64,000 nucleotides of DNA, taken from NCBI GenBank assembly GCA_041650895.1, contig JBAZKF010000001.1, forward strand, positions 273,685 to 337,684. The letters are read 5' to 3'. Shown here in pieces: positions 17,400 through 29,217 of this stretch. The stretch comes from Patescibacteria group bacterium (GTDB lineage: Bacteria > Patescibacteriota > Patescibacteriia > 2-01-FULL-39-33). The position numbers were made by a program, and so were the translations under genes. Position 1 is the stretch's first letter, and each line of letters opens with the position of its first letter. The notes under the pieces are model-generated. The model searched no databases. It had not been told where the DNA came from and worked only from the letters and a program-made list of their open reading frames with translations.

Positions 17400-18194
17400 T
17401 TAGGAAACTACGGAACGGGGACGCAGATTGCCGAGCGGACAGCCGGGGTCGTAGCAATAGACCCGAAACTTGCCGACGCACCAGCGCACGCACGGGACGT
17501 AGCCGAAGGCACTGCGAGAACCGTCGCAACGAGTGATCTTCTGCTTGTTGAGATGATCCTTTGTTTCCATGAAATATTTACCTTCTAACAGCAAGGGTTC
17601 AAGCAGAGTCGTTCCACTCAAGCCGATGGCTCGTGTTTGATTCGCGGTCATAGCCACTTCATCCGGCTCCACGTCGCCGCGAATCCAGATGGCGTAATGG
17701 CGATTCGGCTCGCGGTCGTTGCGTCCTTTGACTGCCGCCGCGTCCAAATCATCAGTCCATTTCCATGACGGAAACATTTCGGCGTTTTTGGCGAAGGCCT
17801 GATTGCAGGTCATGCCCTGCGGTACAACGATCAGGCGCTTGGTCCAATCACGACGAAGCGGAATAAATATGCCGGAAAAATCAACCGACATATTAAACTC
17901 GTCCCGGTAGTGGCGCTCCCAACTTTCCAGTTGGGCGAGGGTGTCGGCGTCGTGTTGAAGCGCTGGTAGAACCTGCGGTTGTTCGACCGGCGGTATCAAA
18001 AGCCGCCGCACTCCGCGGTTGAGGCCGCGACGATTCGCCATCCAATTCTCGTAAACATCGCGCGACATATCCGTGGGAGTTGCGGTGATCATTGCCCCAT
18101 ATAACTCGCGCTGTTGTTCTGCGGTTAAACCGCTTTCTTTGGCATTCCCAGCTTTCTTAGGCATGGGCATTTCCCTTTCTTTATTGAAGTGCAT
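17400..18194 (-). CDS. Hypothetical protein in a GC-rich (compositionally foreign) segment, with a Cys-rich C-terminus
   Basis: 264-aa ORF; local GC is clearly above flanking DNA; no confident homology. A possible HxD...H arrangement (QHDAD ... NRHYAIW) is speculative. Confidence 0.4.
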   Translation of the reverse strand: MHFNKEREMPMPKKAGNAKESGLTAEQQRELYGAMITATPTDMSRDVYENWMANRRGLNRGVRRLLIPPVEQPQVLPALQHDADTLAQLESWERHYRDEFNMSVDFSGIFIPLRRDWTKRLIVVPQGMTCNQAFAKNAEMFPSWKWTDDLDAAAVKGRNDREPNRHYAIWIRGDVEPDEVAMTANQTRAIGLSGTTLLEPLLLEGKYFMETKDHLNKQKITRCDGSRSAFGYVPCVRWCVGKFRVYCYDPGCPLGNLRPRSVVS

Positions 18195-18308
18195 TTGTCC
18201 TTGTGGCGTTATACCGCTCCGGACCGAGCGAAATCCCGACTTTCGAGATTATCAGGCTATAATATCATGTCAACGGAATTCTGTCAAACAATCATCCGTA
18301 CTATACTA

Positions 18309-18337
18309 TTGACAAAATATTCTTTGGATGATATAAT
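18309..18337 (+). promoter_or_regulatory. Sigma70-like promoter (TTGACA, 17-nt spacer, TATAAT)
   Basis: ttgaca at 18309-18314 and tataat at 18332-18337, about 55 bp upstream of the ATG at 18392. Confidence 0.5.
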
Positions 18338-18391
18338 GAAATATCAATTTGGCCAGCGATTAAAAAACCGAACATTAAAAAACCAACCAAA

Positions 18392-18802
18392 ATGAAAGGG
18401 TTGAACATGAAAATCGGCAAATTGATTCGATCTTTTATTGGTTTTATCAAAAACGCCAGCATCTCAATCTGGCAAATTTCCAGCGGCATTATTTGCACTG
18501 CCGCGATAATCGCAGCCGGAGCAATTGCCCTGACAATACCCTTCTACGGCTGGTACTTTAGCCTCATTGCTTCGGTCACTATATCCGCTTTTCAACATCG
18601 GATTAACCGATTCTTGCTGGTGGCAATATTATTGTTGTATGGACCGCTTATTATGTTAGCGGGCGTCCTCACAATATGGCAGGATTTTGTGATTATAGCT
18701 ATAATCCAAGGCGCGATTTGCTGGGTGATTTTCGTGGGATTTTTTTTACTGACCTGGTATTTTGGGAATTTCAAACGGCGGCAAAACCAGGCCCCTCAAT
18801 AA
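18392..18802 (+). CDS. Small integral membrane protein (3-4 TM), hypothetical
   Basis: Hydrophobic helices throughout; consensus promoter upstream and a terminator downstream. Confidence 0.5.
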   Translation: MKGLNMKIGKLIRSFIGFIKNASISIWQISSGIICTAAIIAAGAIALTIPFYGWYFSLIASVTISAFQHRINRFLLVAILLLYGPLIMLAGVLTIWQDFVIIAIIQGAICWVIFVGFFLLTWYFGNFKRRQNQAPQ

Positions 18803-18816
18803 CAAAGCTCATTCCT

Positions 18817-18850
18817 CCGTCCCGATATTTTATCGGGACGGATTTTATTT
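18817..18850 (+). terminator. Rho-independent terminator
   Basis: ccgtcccgata-ttt-tatcgggacgg stem-loop followed by ttttatttt. Confidence 0.6.
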
Positions 18851-18897
18851 TGACAAAATAATACCGCGACGGCAGAGCCGGCGCGGCGCAAAGGACA

Positions 18898-19269
18898 TTA
18901 GAAACCCAGGGGTTGGTCACTTTTAACCAGTTCTTCCCAATCAGGCAAATAACGAAATTCAATCGGACGATCAGCTTCTTTGGCTGCTTTAATACCGTAT
19001 TGCATGCCCTGGCTAAGACCTAAATCCATATAGACAACTGTCTTATCCGCCTTCTTCCCCCAAGCCAATCCGGCATCAATCCCCAACTTACGCTCTCCGG
19101 GGATTTCATCCCGCAAGATTCCCGTCTGGGTATAGAATAAATGAGAAGCAAAGGGATATTCACCGCGAATCAAACAATCGTGGATACAGGCCCTGGCATA
19201 CCTGACATTTTTAGCAATTTCACCGGCAAAAGGACTTTCTACCAAAACCAAGATACCATTGTTGGCCAT
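18898..19269 (-). CDS. Hypothetical protein, possibly nucleoside 2-deoxyribosyltransferase-like (DUF4406/DUF1937-type) fold
   Basis: N-terminal 'ILVLVESPFAG' resembles the 'YLAGPF' start of that fold; weak. Confidence 0.35.
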   Translation of the reverse strand: MANNGILVLVESPFAGEIAKNVRYARACIHDCLIRGEYPFASHLFYTQTGILRDEIPGERKLGIDAGLAWGKKADKTVVYMDLGLSQGMQYGIKAAKEADRPIEFRYLPDWEELVKSDQPLGF

Positions 19270-19481
19270 AGATGCTCCTCCTATCTGTTGGCTGGTTATT
19301 AAACTGCTTGGATAATATGCGTTATTTATAGCTTAATTGACGGCTAAAGTCAACGCTTTTGGGTCTTGTCTGAAACATAAAAAAATGCTAAAATTAAGGG
19401 TGTGGAAAACATTAATTGCAACTAACTACTGTCCATTTTTTTCAACAGTTGTAAGTATTATTCTTATCTAAATTTAGATAA

Positions 19482-21557
<2,076 letters not shown>

Positions 21558-21567
21558 AATATAATTA

Positions 21568-21600
21568 AAAATACACTCGTCCTTTGGGTGTATTTTTTTG
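21568..21600 (+). terminator. Probable rho-independent terminator after gyrB
   Basis: aatacac...gtgtatt stem followed by ttttttg. Confidence 0.45.
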
Positions 21601-21653
21601 TTTAAATTTGCTTGTAATTAAGCTGTCTAATGGATATTTGTGGATAAGTCTAT

Positions 21654-21681
21654 TGACAAAAAAATAACAGTGTGCTATAAT
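21654..21681 (+). promoter_or_regulatory. Sigma70-like promoter (TTGACA, 16-nt spacer, TATAAT)
   Basis: ttgaca at 21654-21659 and tataat at 21676-21681; SD 'aaaggag' before the ATG at 21788. Confidence 0.5.
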
Positions 21682-21787
21682 TATATGATTCAGAAACGAA
21701 TCAAAAAACGAACATTTAAACCAATAATGGACAATAAAATGCTTAAGCATCAACGACTTAAACCGTAACAGTAAAAAGGAGAAGGAA

Positions 21788-22186
21788 ATGCCTAATTTAA
21801 AAGATCTTTCAGTATTAGTAGCTGTAATCGCAGTAGTTAGTTTCATTTTCGCCCTAATTTTTATCGCTGGGTCCTTTGCCGGAAGTGACAGAACACTCGG
21901 ATTTACAAGGGGCACGGAGAATTTGGCAAACGAATTTGAAAACGGAACACTGATAACAATCATCAAGTCTGAGCTACCTGAGCTCAAACCACTGAATGAA
22001 AATGACCAGACGAAACCGGGAACTAAGCTTGTGATTGTACGCTTCGAAAACGGGATGGTTAAAGTCTTTGCAACAACACAAAACTACGATCCGGGCACAT
22101 ACGTTATCGCCCAACTCGGCAAAGAGAAAAACATACTAATGCCGTCGGCCAATGTCAGCGAACTTACCGGCGAAAAAAAGGAGTAG
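21788..22186 (+). CDS. Membrane-anchored hypothetical protein
   Basis: Single N-terminal TM (VLVAVIAVVSFIFALIFIAG), soluble C-terminal domain; clear promoter, RBS and terminator. Confidence 0.5.
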   Translation: MPNLKDLSVLVAVIAVVSFIFALIFIAGSFAGSDRTLGFTRGTENLANEFENGTLITIIKSELPELKPLNENDQTKPGTKLVIVRFENGMVKVFATTQNYDPGTYVIAQLGKEKNILMPSANVSELTGEKKE

Positions 22187-22196
22187 CACAAATAAC

Positions 22197-22238
22197 GCCC
22201 CGCGAAGATCATGTCTTCGCGGGGTGAATTATTTTTAT
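22197..22238 (+). terminator. Rho-independent terminator
   Basis: ccccgcgaaga-tcatgtc-ttcgcgggg stem-loop followed by a T-rich tract. Confidence 0.6.
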
Positions 22239-22332
22239 AATTAATTTGTGTCCGAAATATGATTTATGACCAGCCGCAACTTCTTGCTCAGCCACTTCTA
22301 GAAAAAGTTGTAAAAAAACAAGTAACATAATT

Positions 22333-22366
22333 TAAAAACACGCTCAGTGGGCTGAGCGTGTTTTAT
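22333..22366 (-). terminator. Bidirectional terminator hairpin downstream of greA
   Basis: acacgctcag-tggg-ctgagcgtgt flanked by an A-run and a T-run. Confidence 0.5.
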
Positions 22367-22377
22367 ATTTTAAGATT

Positions 22378-22872
22378 TTATTCAATATGATCAATGACGC
22401 ACTTGATAGCTCCGGCCGGAATTTTAAGTTCAAACTCATGGCCAATACCCTTGCCGATAAAAGCCGAGCCTAACGGCGATTGGTGGCTAATGCGACCATT
22501 AGCCGGGTCAGCCTCGGAATGGCCGACGATCTGGTATTTGACTTTCTGGCCGTTATCACAAGTAGCATGAACCGTAGAGCCGATTTGCACCGTATCTGAT
22601 TTCTTGTTCTTGATAATTACGGCGTTCTTAACCAAAGCCTCCAATTCTTGAATGCGGCCTTCAATAAAACTTTGCTTTTCCCTGGCTTCGTGATACTCGG
22701 CGTTTTCCGACAAATCACCCAAATCGCGCGCTTTGGCGATACGGTCAATAACCTCGGGACGATCAATTGATTTAAGTTGTTCCAGTTCTTCCTTGATCTT
22801 TTTCAGACCTTCGGAAGAGATATAACTTTCTGACATGTATTTGTATTTTAGACAATTTAAAAACTCCTCCAT
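22378..22872 (-). CDS. greA: Transcription elongation factor GreA (true start likely the internal Met 12 codons downstream)
   Basis: 'ISSEGLKKIKEELEQLK...RPEVIDRIAKARDLGDLSENAEYHEAREKQSFIEGRIQELE', C-terminal FKBP-like domain. Confidence 0.9.
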   Translation of the reverse strand: MEEFLNCLKYKYMSESYISSEGLKKIKEELEQLKSIDRPEVIDRIAKARDLGDLSENAEYHEAREKQSFIEGRIQELEALVKNAVIIKNKKSDTVQIGSTVHATCDNGQKVKYQIVGHSEADPANGRISHQSPLGSAFIGKGIGHEFELKIPAGAIKCVIDHIE

Positions 22873-23052
22873 TAAAGACGATTTGAGAGATTAGAGCGAA
22901 TTTATAGTAATAATGATATCACAGCCACCAAACCTTGTCAATAGCCAGATACAATAATTAACAAAACTTCAACTAAATAAGGCAAAATCCTCGCTTTTAA
23001 TGCTGATTGCAGTCGAAATACTGCGATTCAAGCAGCTTTAACATAATACGCC

Positions 23053-25008
23053 TTATCTGGTAAACCACCACTGCATAACATCCCTGGCAATTGGCACGGA
23101 AATGGAGGAGCCCTCTCCGCCTTCTTCCACCAAAACAGTAATGCAAAAATTAGGATTATCGTAAGGAGCAAAGCCGGCGAACCAGGCATGATTGGCCTTA
23201 GTTGAACTCCATTGCGCCGTACCGGTTTTTCCGGCCACAGCAACAGGTAGGGAGTTCAAACTGCCGGCAGAACCGGCCGTTACGGTCTGTCGCATACCCT
23301 CGCGCACGATAGCCAAATTCTCCGCCGAAACGGGAATTTGCCTAATTACTTCAGGCTGAATATTTTGTCTAGTGCCATCAGCTTTAACAATCGCCACTGC
23401 CAAGTGGGGCTTAATCAGCTTGCCGCCGTTTGCCACCACGGCCGTATAATTATTGACTTGCAACGGCGTCACTAGCAGATCGCCCTGGCCGATAGACAAA
23501 TGATAAGTATCGCCGATATACCAAACCTCGTTCTTGGTATCTTCTTTCCATTTGGCGTCAGGCACAAATCCCTGGTGTTCGCCGGGCAAATCGATTCCAG
23601 TCACCTGACCCAAACCGAATAATTTGAAATATTTTACCAACCGCTCCAAACCCAAACCGGAAAAGTCACCGTAACCGCCACCGATATAATAGAAGAAAGA
23701 ATTGACAGACCAGGCGATGGCCTTGGTAACATTGGTTACGCCATGGCCGCCACTCTGCCAATCGGGAAAAAACCATTGGCCGACTCTGATACCACCGATG
23801 GAATTCACTGTAGTATCTTTAGTGATAACCTTTTCTTCTAAAGCGGCGGAAGCTATTACTGGTTTAACCGTTGAACCGGAGGGATACTCGCCAAAAATTG
23901 AACGGGTGAATAAAGGGTTATTAGGATCATCCAATAATTTATTGTAATCTTCCGCGCTGATACCGCCGGTAAAAAGATTATTGTCAAAACTGGGATAATC
24001 AACCATGGCCAAAATTTCGCCGTTTTGCGGATTAGAAACGATTACCGAAGCCTTCTTACCCGGCACTCTGGCGTTTAAAACCTCGTAGATTTTTTCTTGT
24101 AAAGCCGCATCCAGTGATAACACAATATTATCCCCTGGCACCGATTGATTCTGAGAGATAACTTTTTTCTCCCGGCCCAAAGCGTCAACTTCAATCTGCT
24201 CCTGGCCGTTAACACCGCGCAAATTGCTTTCATACTGCTTCTCCAAACCGGCCTTGCCGATATTGGCATCCATTAAATAGTCAGCGCTTAATTTTTGATA
24301 TTCCTCCTGATTAAGCTTGCCAATGTAACCCAGAATATGCGACAAAGACTCGCTAGCCGGATACAAACGCCAAGAATCCACATTAAGTTCGGCACCCGGC
24401 AAATCATCGGTTTGGATTTTAATGGTCATAGCCTGCTCGTAAGGCACGCCGACACGCAGAGTTACCGGTTGATAGTAATTCTTATCGGCGCCGACCAGAC
24501 GCGCCTCAATTTCTTCTTCCGGCATATCAATGATTTCAGACAGCCTAGTGATTTCTTCCGCCCGCTGAACCTTATCCTTGGGCAATTCCGCCGGCAACAA
24601 AGATAAAGAAAAACCGAATAAATTGTTGACCAGAGGCTGGCCGTTACGGTCAAAAATAATGCCACGATGCGCTTTGACATACTCAGTCTTGATGCGATTA
24701 TTTTCCGCTAAAGAAAAATAATGCTCGCCGGAGATTATTTGCAACCAAAAACTTTTAGCCAAGATTACCGTGAATGCCAAAGCGATCAATAAAAAAAACC
24801 AACGGATCTTTTTGCCAGATAAGGACAAATTCAAATAGCCGGTTTCCACACCGCTTTCCAGCGAATTGCTTAAATCACAGCTATCCTCCACCCAATTCAA
24901 ACGACTCTTGCGTTTGATGTCTATTGGTTCAATTGTGGCAAAAGGATTAGCCATACTAACGCGATAAATAATTAGGGCGAAAACTATTGGACCAACGGTC
25001 GATAACAA
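23053..25008 (-). CDS. mrdA: Penicillin-binding protein 2 (elongasome transpeptidase); true start probably at the internal Met, which removes the overlap with mreD
   Basis: SxxK 'SGSTVKP', SxN 'SVN', KTG 'GKTGTAQW'; follows mreBCD. Confidence 0.85.
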   Translation of the reverse strand: MLSTVGPIVFALIIYRVSMANPFATIEPIDIKRKSRLNWVEDSCDLSNSLESGVETGYLNLSLSGKKIRWFFLLIALAFTVILAKSFWLQIISGEHYFSLAENNRIKTEYVKAHRGIIFDRNGQPLVNNLFGFSLSLLPAELPKDKVQRAEEITRLSEIIDMPEEEIEARLVGADKNYYQPVTLRVGVPYEQAMTIKIQTDDLPGAELNVDSWRLYPASESLSHILGYIGKLNQEEYQKLSADYLMDANIGKAGLEKQYESNLRGVNGQEQIEVDALGREKKVISQNQSVPGDNIVLSLDAALQEKIYEVLNARVPGKKASVIVSNPQNGEILAMVDYPSFDNNLFTGGISAEDYNKLLDDPNNPLFTRSIFGEYPSGSTVKPVIASAALEEKVITKDTTVNSIGGIRVGQWFFPDWQSGGHGVTNVTKAIAWSVNSFFYYIGGGYGDFSGLGLERLVKYFKLFGLGQVTGIDLPGEHQGFVPDAKWKEDTKNEVWYIGDTYHLSIGQGDLLVTPLQVNNYTAVVANGGKLIKPHLAVAIVKADGTRQNIQPEVIRQIPVSAENLAIVREGMRQTVTAGSAGSLNSLPVAVAGKTGTAQWSSTKANHAWFAGFAPYDNPNFCITVLVEEGGEGSSISVPIARDVMQWWFTR

Positions 25009-25507
25009 AAAAGACCACTGCTAGTAGCAAAGAGGTAAGAATAAGCTCTTGAGCCGTCTGCAACCAAAAGTTCCAACCGACGGTGGCATCGGTAAGACCG
25101 AAAAAAAACAAGCTTTGGGCAAATAAGGCAAAAATTAAACGATAGATAACCAAACCGATCGCCCCCAAACCGACTAAGGAATAAAAAGACCGGTTAGAAA
25201 AAATATTAGCAACAAGTATTTCCATAACAGCCGCGGATAATACTAAACTAACCGCCGTCAAACCGAAAGGCAAACCGGAATAAACATCCAAAACAATACC
25301 GCTAACGGCGGCAAAAATAAGCGACTCGCTGATACTGCGCAAGTTAACCAAGACAACCAGGGTGGCAAAAATCAGATTGATAAAAGCCAAATATTTAATC
25401 ACTCCGCCGGCCAACAATAAATTGAAAACTACCGCGCCGATCAAGCAGGCAACGGCGAGTAGCGGACGCCATTTATTATTCAGTTTAAGGTATGATAACC
25501 AAGACAT
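24956..25507 (-). CDS. mreD: Rod shape-determining protein MreD
   Basis: Small, about 5-TM hydrophobic protein immediately after mreC in mreB-mreC-mreD-mrdA order. Confidence 0.55.
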   Translation of the reverse strand: MSWLSYLKLNNKWRPLLAVACLIGAVVFNLLLAGGVIKYLAFINLIFATLVVLVNLRSISESLIFAAVSGIVLDVYSGLPFGLTAVSLVLSAAVMEILVANIFSNRSFYSLVGLGAIGLVIYRLIFALFAQSLFFFGLTDATVGWNFWLQTAQELILTSLLLAVVFFVIDRWSNSFRPNYLSR

Positions 25508-26282
25508 ATGACAAATTACTCAAGGGTATGATCGGTTGAAGAATGGCGGTTTTAAAAATCTCCGATTCCACGGTTCTAACACTTTCCACTTTGGCAATCA
25601 ATAAATCTTTGGGTATTTGGCCTTCCAAGCCAGAAGTAACCACCAAATCGCCTTGATGAATATCTTGATTTTGCGGAATATTAGTCATAGAGAAAGACAA
25701 ACCGTATTGCCCCTCAACCAGACCAACGGTGTGATCGAGATTCTGCACTGTCGCTGCCACGCGAGATTTATTATCTGACAACAACATCACCTTGGAGTAA
25801 TCATCAAAAACTTCGGAAATTTTACCAACCAAGACGCCTCGATCGGCCGAAACCGCCAATCCCTTGACGATGCCGTCCCTGGCGCCGCGATCAATAATAA
25901 CAGTCTGCGACAAAGGATCGGATACGCCGGTAATAATACGCGCCGCCACGAACTGTTTCTTATCTTCGTCAATAAAATTCAACTCTTTTTTTAGTAGAGC
26001 ATTCTCTTCTTCCAAGCTGTTTATCTTGGATTGATCCAAAGACAGATTTTTTATTTCCTCAATCAGCTTTTGATTTTCGGCTATAATATTCCTTTTACGC
26101 AACCAATAATCGGAAAAACTTTGAGTCTTTTGCGATAGCTCGTAAGCGCCGCTTTGCAGTGGTTTAAATAATAAGATAAACATGTTCTCCACCGGTCTCA
26201 ACCAGCCTAAATAATGAAAAAACACGGCAATAAGTATTGCCGCTAAAGAATAAATTAATGATTTTAGCAACCTGTCTAACAT
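25485..26282 (-). CDS. mreC: Rod shape-determining protein MreC
   Basis: N-terminal TM, coiled-coil (NQKLIEEIKNLSLDQSKINSLEEENALLKKEL), C-terminal beta domains. Confidence 0.8.
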   Translation of the reverse strand: MLDRLLKSLIYSLAAILIAVFFHYLGWLRPVENMFILLFKPLQSGAYELSQKTQSFSDYWLRKRNIIAENQKLIEEIKNLSLDQSKINSLEEENALLKKELNFIDEDKKQFVAARIITGVSDPLSQTVIIDRGARDGIVKGLAVSADRGVLVGKISEVFDDYSKVMLLSDNKSRVAATVQNLDHTVGLVEGQYGLSFSMTNIPQNQDIHQGDLVVTSGLEGQIPKDLLIAKVESVRTVESEIFKTAILQPIIPLSNLSYVLVIIP

Positions 26283-26350
26283 CTAAAACAATTACTAATT
26301 TAAGAATTACAAGTTATGAATTGAATTTAATAATTCAATTACTAACTAAT

Positions 26351-27385
26351 TTAGGAGTTAGGCACGACAATGTCCTTCAGTAAGGCCTCATCATCTAAAA
26401 GCGACCCCAAGCCGCGCACAGCGCAAGTCTGCGGATCCTCGGCTATATGCACCGGTATATTAATGCCTTTAGAAATGTAACTGTCCAATTCTTTCAACTG
26501 AGCCGTACCACCAGTCAAATAAATTCCTTTCTGGTAAATGTCAGCCACCAATTCCGGCGGAGTAGTTTCTAAGGTTGCCTTGATAATATTTAATATTTTT
26601 TCCAACGATTTGACGATGGCTTCGCGAACTTGCGCATCATTGACTTTTATTTCCCTTGGCAGTCCGGTCATAACATCACGGCCGCGCATGGCCATCTCCA
26701 ATGGCTCCTTAAGCGGTAAGGCCGAACCGATTTTCTTTTTAATATCTTCCGCCACCATTTCGCCCAAAATCAAAGAGAATTCCTCACGGGCGAAATTAAT
26801 AATGTCTTTGTCTAAAGCATTACCGGCGACACGAGAAACCTTAAAGTTAACAATGCCGTCTAACGAAATAACCGCAGCCTCGGCTAATCCGCAACCGATA
26901 TTGACCACCATATTGCCAGTCGGATCCTGAATGGGAATGCGTGCGCCGATAGCTGTAGCCATAACATTCTCCACCAAATAAACTTGCGCCGCTCCGGCGG
27001 CCATCACCACGTCGGCCACCGCTTTTTTTTCTACTGCCGTAACATCCAAAGGCACGCCCACCACCACGATAGGCATAGCTGAAAACCCCACGCGTCCGGC
27101 GCGGACTTTATTCATAAAAAACTTCAGCATTTTTTCGGTTACTTCAAAATCAGAAATAATGCCATACTCCAACGGGCGAGTGGCGGTAATGTGAGGCGGA
27201 GTTTTGCCCAGCATTCTTCGGGCTTCGTCGCCGATCGCCAAAATCTGATCAGTGCGATTGTTAACCGCCACCACTGAAGACTCAGCAATTACAATACCGC
27301 GATCCTGCTGATAGACCAAGGTATTACCACTGCCCAAGTCAATACCCAGACCGCGATTGAATTTTCCGAAGAATTTTTTAAACAT
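26351..27385 (-). CDS. mreB: Actin-like rod shape protein MreB
   Basis: 'GIDLGSGNTLVY', 'VVAVN', actin-fold phosphate-binding loops throughout. Confidence 0.92.
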   Translation of the reverse strand: MFKKFFGKFNRGLGIDLGSGNTLVYQQDRGIVIAESSVVAVNNRTDQILAIGDEARRMLGKTPPHITATRPLEYGIISDFEVTEKMLKFFMNKVRAGRVGFSAMPIVVVGVPLDVTAVEKKAVADVVMAAGAAQVYLVENVMATAIGARIPIQDPTGNMVVNIGCGLAEAAVISLDGIVNFKVSRVAGNALDKDIINFAREEFSLILGEMVAEDIKKKIGSALPLKEPLEMAMRGRDVMTGLPREIKVNDAQVREAIVKSLEKILNIIKATLETTPPELVADIYQKGIYLTGGTAQLKELDSYISKGINIPVHIAEDPQTCAVRGLGSLLDDEALLKDIVVPNS

Positions 27386-27441
27386 TTTGACAAGTTATCT
27401 GTTTTTTATTGGTATTCGCCGATAAATTTTAAATGGGTCTT

Positions 27442-28671
27442 TTATTTTTTTAATTTCTTAATGATTTCTTCCACTGCCATCAGTTCCGCCTCAGACCCTT
27501 CCCTCTTCTTGATTTCCACCTTCTCCCCTGTTTTTTCACTCACGACTAAACGCCAGGTAATGCCCAGTAAATCGCTATCAGCGAATTTCTGACCGGCAGA
27601 AATATCGCGATCGTCATATAGCACTTCAATGCCGGCTTTGATTAATTCATCATAAACCTTCGCGGCTTGATCATCAGCTTTAAGCGACAGCAAATGAACG
27701 GAAAACGGCGAGGAGCTTTCCGGCCAAACAATGCCTTTATCATCATGGTACAACTCAACTATCGTCGCTACCAATCGAGAGATTCCAATGCCATAAGAAG
27801 CCATTAGAATCGGCAACTTCTTTCCCGACTCGTCGTTGATATAACCATTCATGTCCTTGGCATACTTATCGCCAAAATTAAAAATATTGCCCACCTCTAC
27901 GCTCTTGCCCTCTTTGACCGGTAAGCCGCACTTAGGGCATTTTTCACCGGCTTTGACTGTCGCAATTTCCGCATTCTGCGCGAAGTCACAACCGTCGCAA
28001 TAAATAATCTTATCTTCACCAGCGTCGGATACCACCTGAAACTCATGAGAAAAATTCTTGGTAAAAACACCGCCGGAAGCTTCTACGACCTTAACCTGTA
28101 AACCCAAACGGCTATACACTCGCTTGTAAGCTTCAATTTGACGCTGATAATACTGATTCAAATCTTCCTCGCTTAAATGAAAGCTATATAAATCCTTCAT
28201 CATGAATTCGCGACCGCGCATCAACCCGCCTTTCGCTCTGAGTTCGGCACGGAATTTGTTCTGGATCTGATAAACAGCCAAAGGCAATTCTTTATATGAA
28301 GAAATAAAACGACGCACCAAATCATAAATAACTTCTTCATGCGTGGCGGCCAGCCCCAATTCCTTGCCGGCCCCATCTTTAAATTGATACATCACCTCTT
28401 GCAAGCTGCCGCTCCAGCGACCAGTCTCTTCCCAAATATTTTTGGGTTGCAAAGCAGGCATGAGCAATTCTTGCCCGTCTTCGGCGTTCATTTCTTCCCG
28501 CACAATCCGCGCAATCTTTTGAATCACGCGCCAGCCAAGAGGCAAATATGTGTATACTCCGGCTTGGAGCATATCAACATAACCTCCTTGCACTAACAAT
28601 CTATGGCTGGCCGAAGTCGCATCTTTAGGCGGATTTTTGAGTGTCTTAGGAAATAACTTGGACTGTTTCAT
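27442..28671 (-). CDS. proS: Prolyl-tRNA synthetase, bacterial-like but lacking the INS editing domain (409 aa), with a Cys4 insertion
   Basis: N-terminal 'KQSKLFPKTLKNPPKDATSASHRLLVQGGYV..GVYTYLPLGWRV', class II motifs, C-terminal anticodon-binding domain. 'CDGCDF...CPKCG' lies where INS would be. Confidence 0.85.
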   Translation of the reverse strand: MKQSKLFPKTLKNPPKDATSASHRLLVQGGYVDMLQAGVYTYLPLGWRVIQKIARIVREEMNAEDGQELLMPALQPKNIWEETGRWSGSLQEVMYQFKDGAGKELGLAATHEEVIYDLVRRFISSYKELPLAVYQIQNKFRAELRAKGGLMRGREFMMKDLYSFHLSEEDLNQYYQRQIEAYKRVYSRLGLQVKVVEASGGVFTKNFSHEFQVVSDAGEDKIIYCDGCDFAQNAEIATVKAGEKCPKCGLPVKEGKSVEVGNIFNFGDKYAKDMNGYINDESGKKLPILMASYGIGISRLVATIVELYHDDKGIVWPESSSPFSVHLLSLKADDQAAKVYDELIKAGIEVLYDDRDISAGQKFADSDLLGITWRLVVSEKTGEKVEIKKREGSEAELMAVEEIIKKLKK

Positions 28672-28711
28672 AATGGGCTTATTTTACTATTATAAAAGCT
28701 TAATGTCAAAC

Positions 28712-29077
28712 TTAGAAAAATCGATGAAAAAAACCCTTCTTCTCCTTTGTTTCCCTAACCGCCGGAGCGGTTTTTTCTGCCACCAATCTCTGCAAACACT
28801 CACTGATTTTACCGCCTTCAGCCTCAACCGTTTCACCATCGTATTCGCCGCTGTGCGCTGATGTGCCTTCATAAGACGCCTGCTTTTGATCCAAATGCAG
28901 ATTAATCACGTAACCCGCGCCAGCCTGATTGATATAAACATGAAAACGCGGATAAAGGCCGACTCCCAGCCGACGCGCAAAGCTTGGCTCGGTAGCGCGA
29001 CGATCCAAAATCTGGCCATAACCGCAACGACGGACGGCATCTATCGGATTGAGACTATTTGGTATGCTTATTTTCAT
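28712..29077 (-). CDS. Hypothetical protein
   Basis: 121-aa ORF divergent from the three-paralog cluster; no confident motif. Confidence 0.35.
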   Translation of the reverse strand: MKISIPNSLNPIDAVRRCGYGQILDRRATEPSFARRLGVGLYPRFHVYINQAGAGYVINLHLDQKQASYEGTSAHSGEYDGETVEAEGGKISECLQRLVAEKTAPAVRETKEKKGFFHRFF

Positions 29078-29132
29078 ATTTGTTATATTAAATCCGGTTA
29101 ATTAAACTATGAAGAATATTTGCAAGGTAAAT

Positions 29133-29161
29133 TTGACAAATTTTATAAGATGTGATAATAT
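29133..29161 (+). promoter_or_regulatory. Sigma70-like promoter (TTGACA, 17-nt spacer, TAATAT) plus an AAGGAG SD for the first small paralog
   Basis: ttgaca at 29133-29138 and taatat at 29156-29161; 'aaggag' 8 nt before the ATG at 29218. Confidence 0.45.
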
Positions 29162-29217
29162 AGCCAATCAACAATGAACCTTAAAACCATATTTTGCAAC
29201 CATAAGGAGATACGGAT

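Noticed and set aside
17287-17536. Two Arg-rich ORFs (80 and 61 aa) on opposite strands
   Set aside because: Products of GC-rich sequence (runs of CGN codons); implausible proteins.
23028-23243. 71-aa ORF overlapping the 3' end of the PBP2 gene
   Set aside because: Alternative frame within a well-supported gene.
26538-26930. 130-aa + strand ORF inside mreB
   Set aside because: Antisense to a strongly conserved gene.
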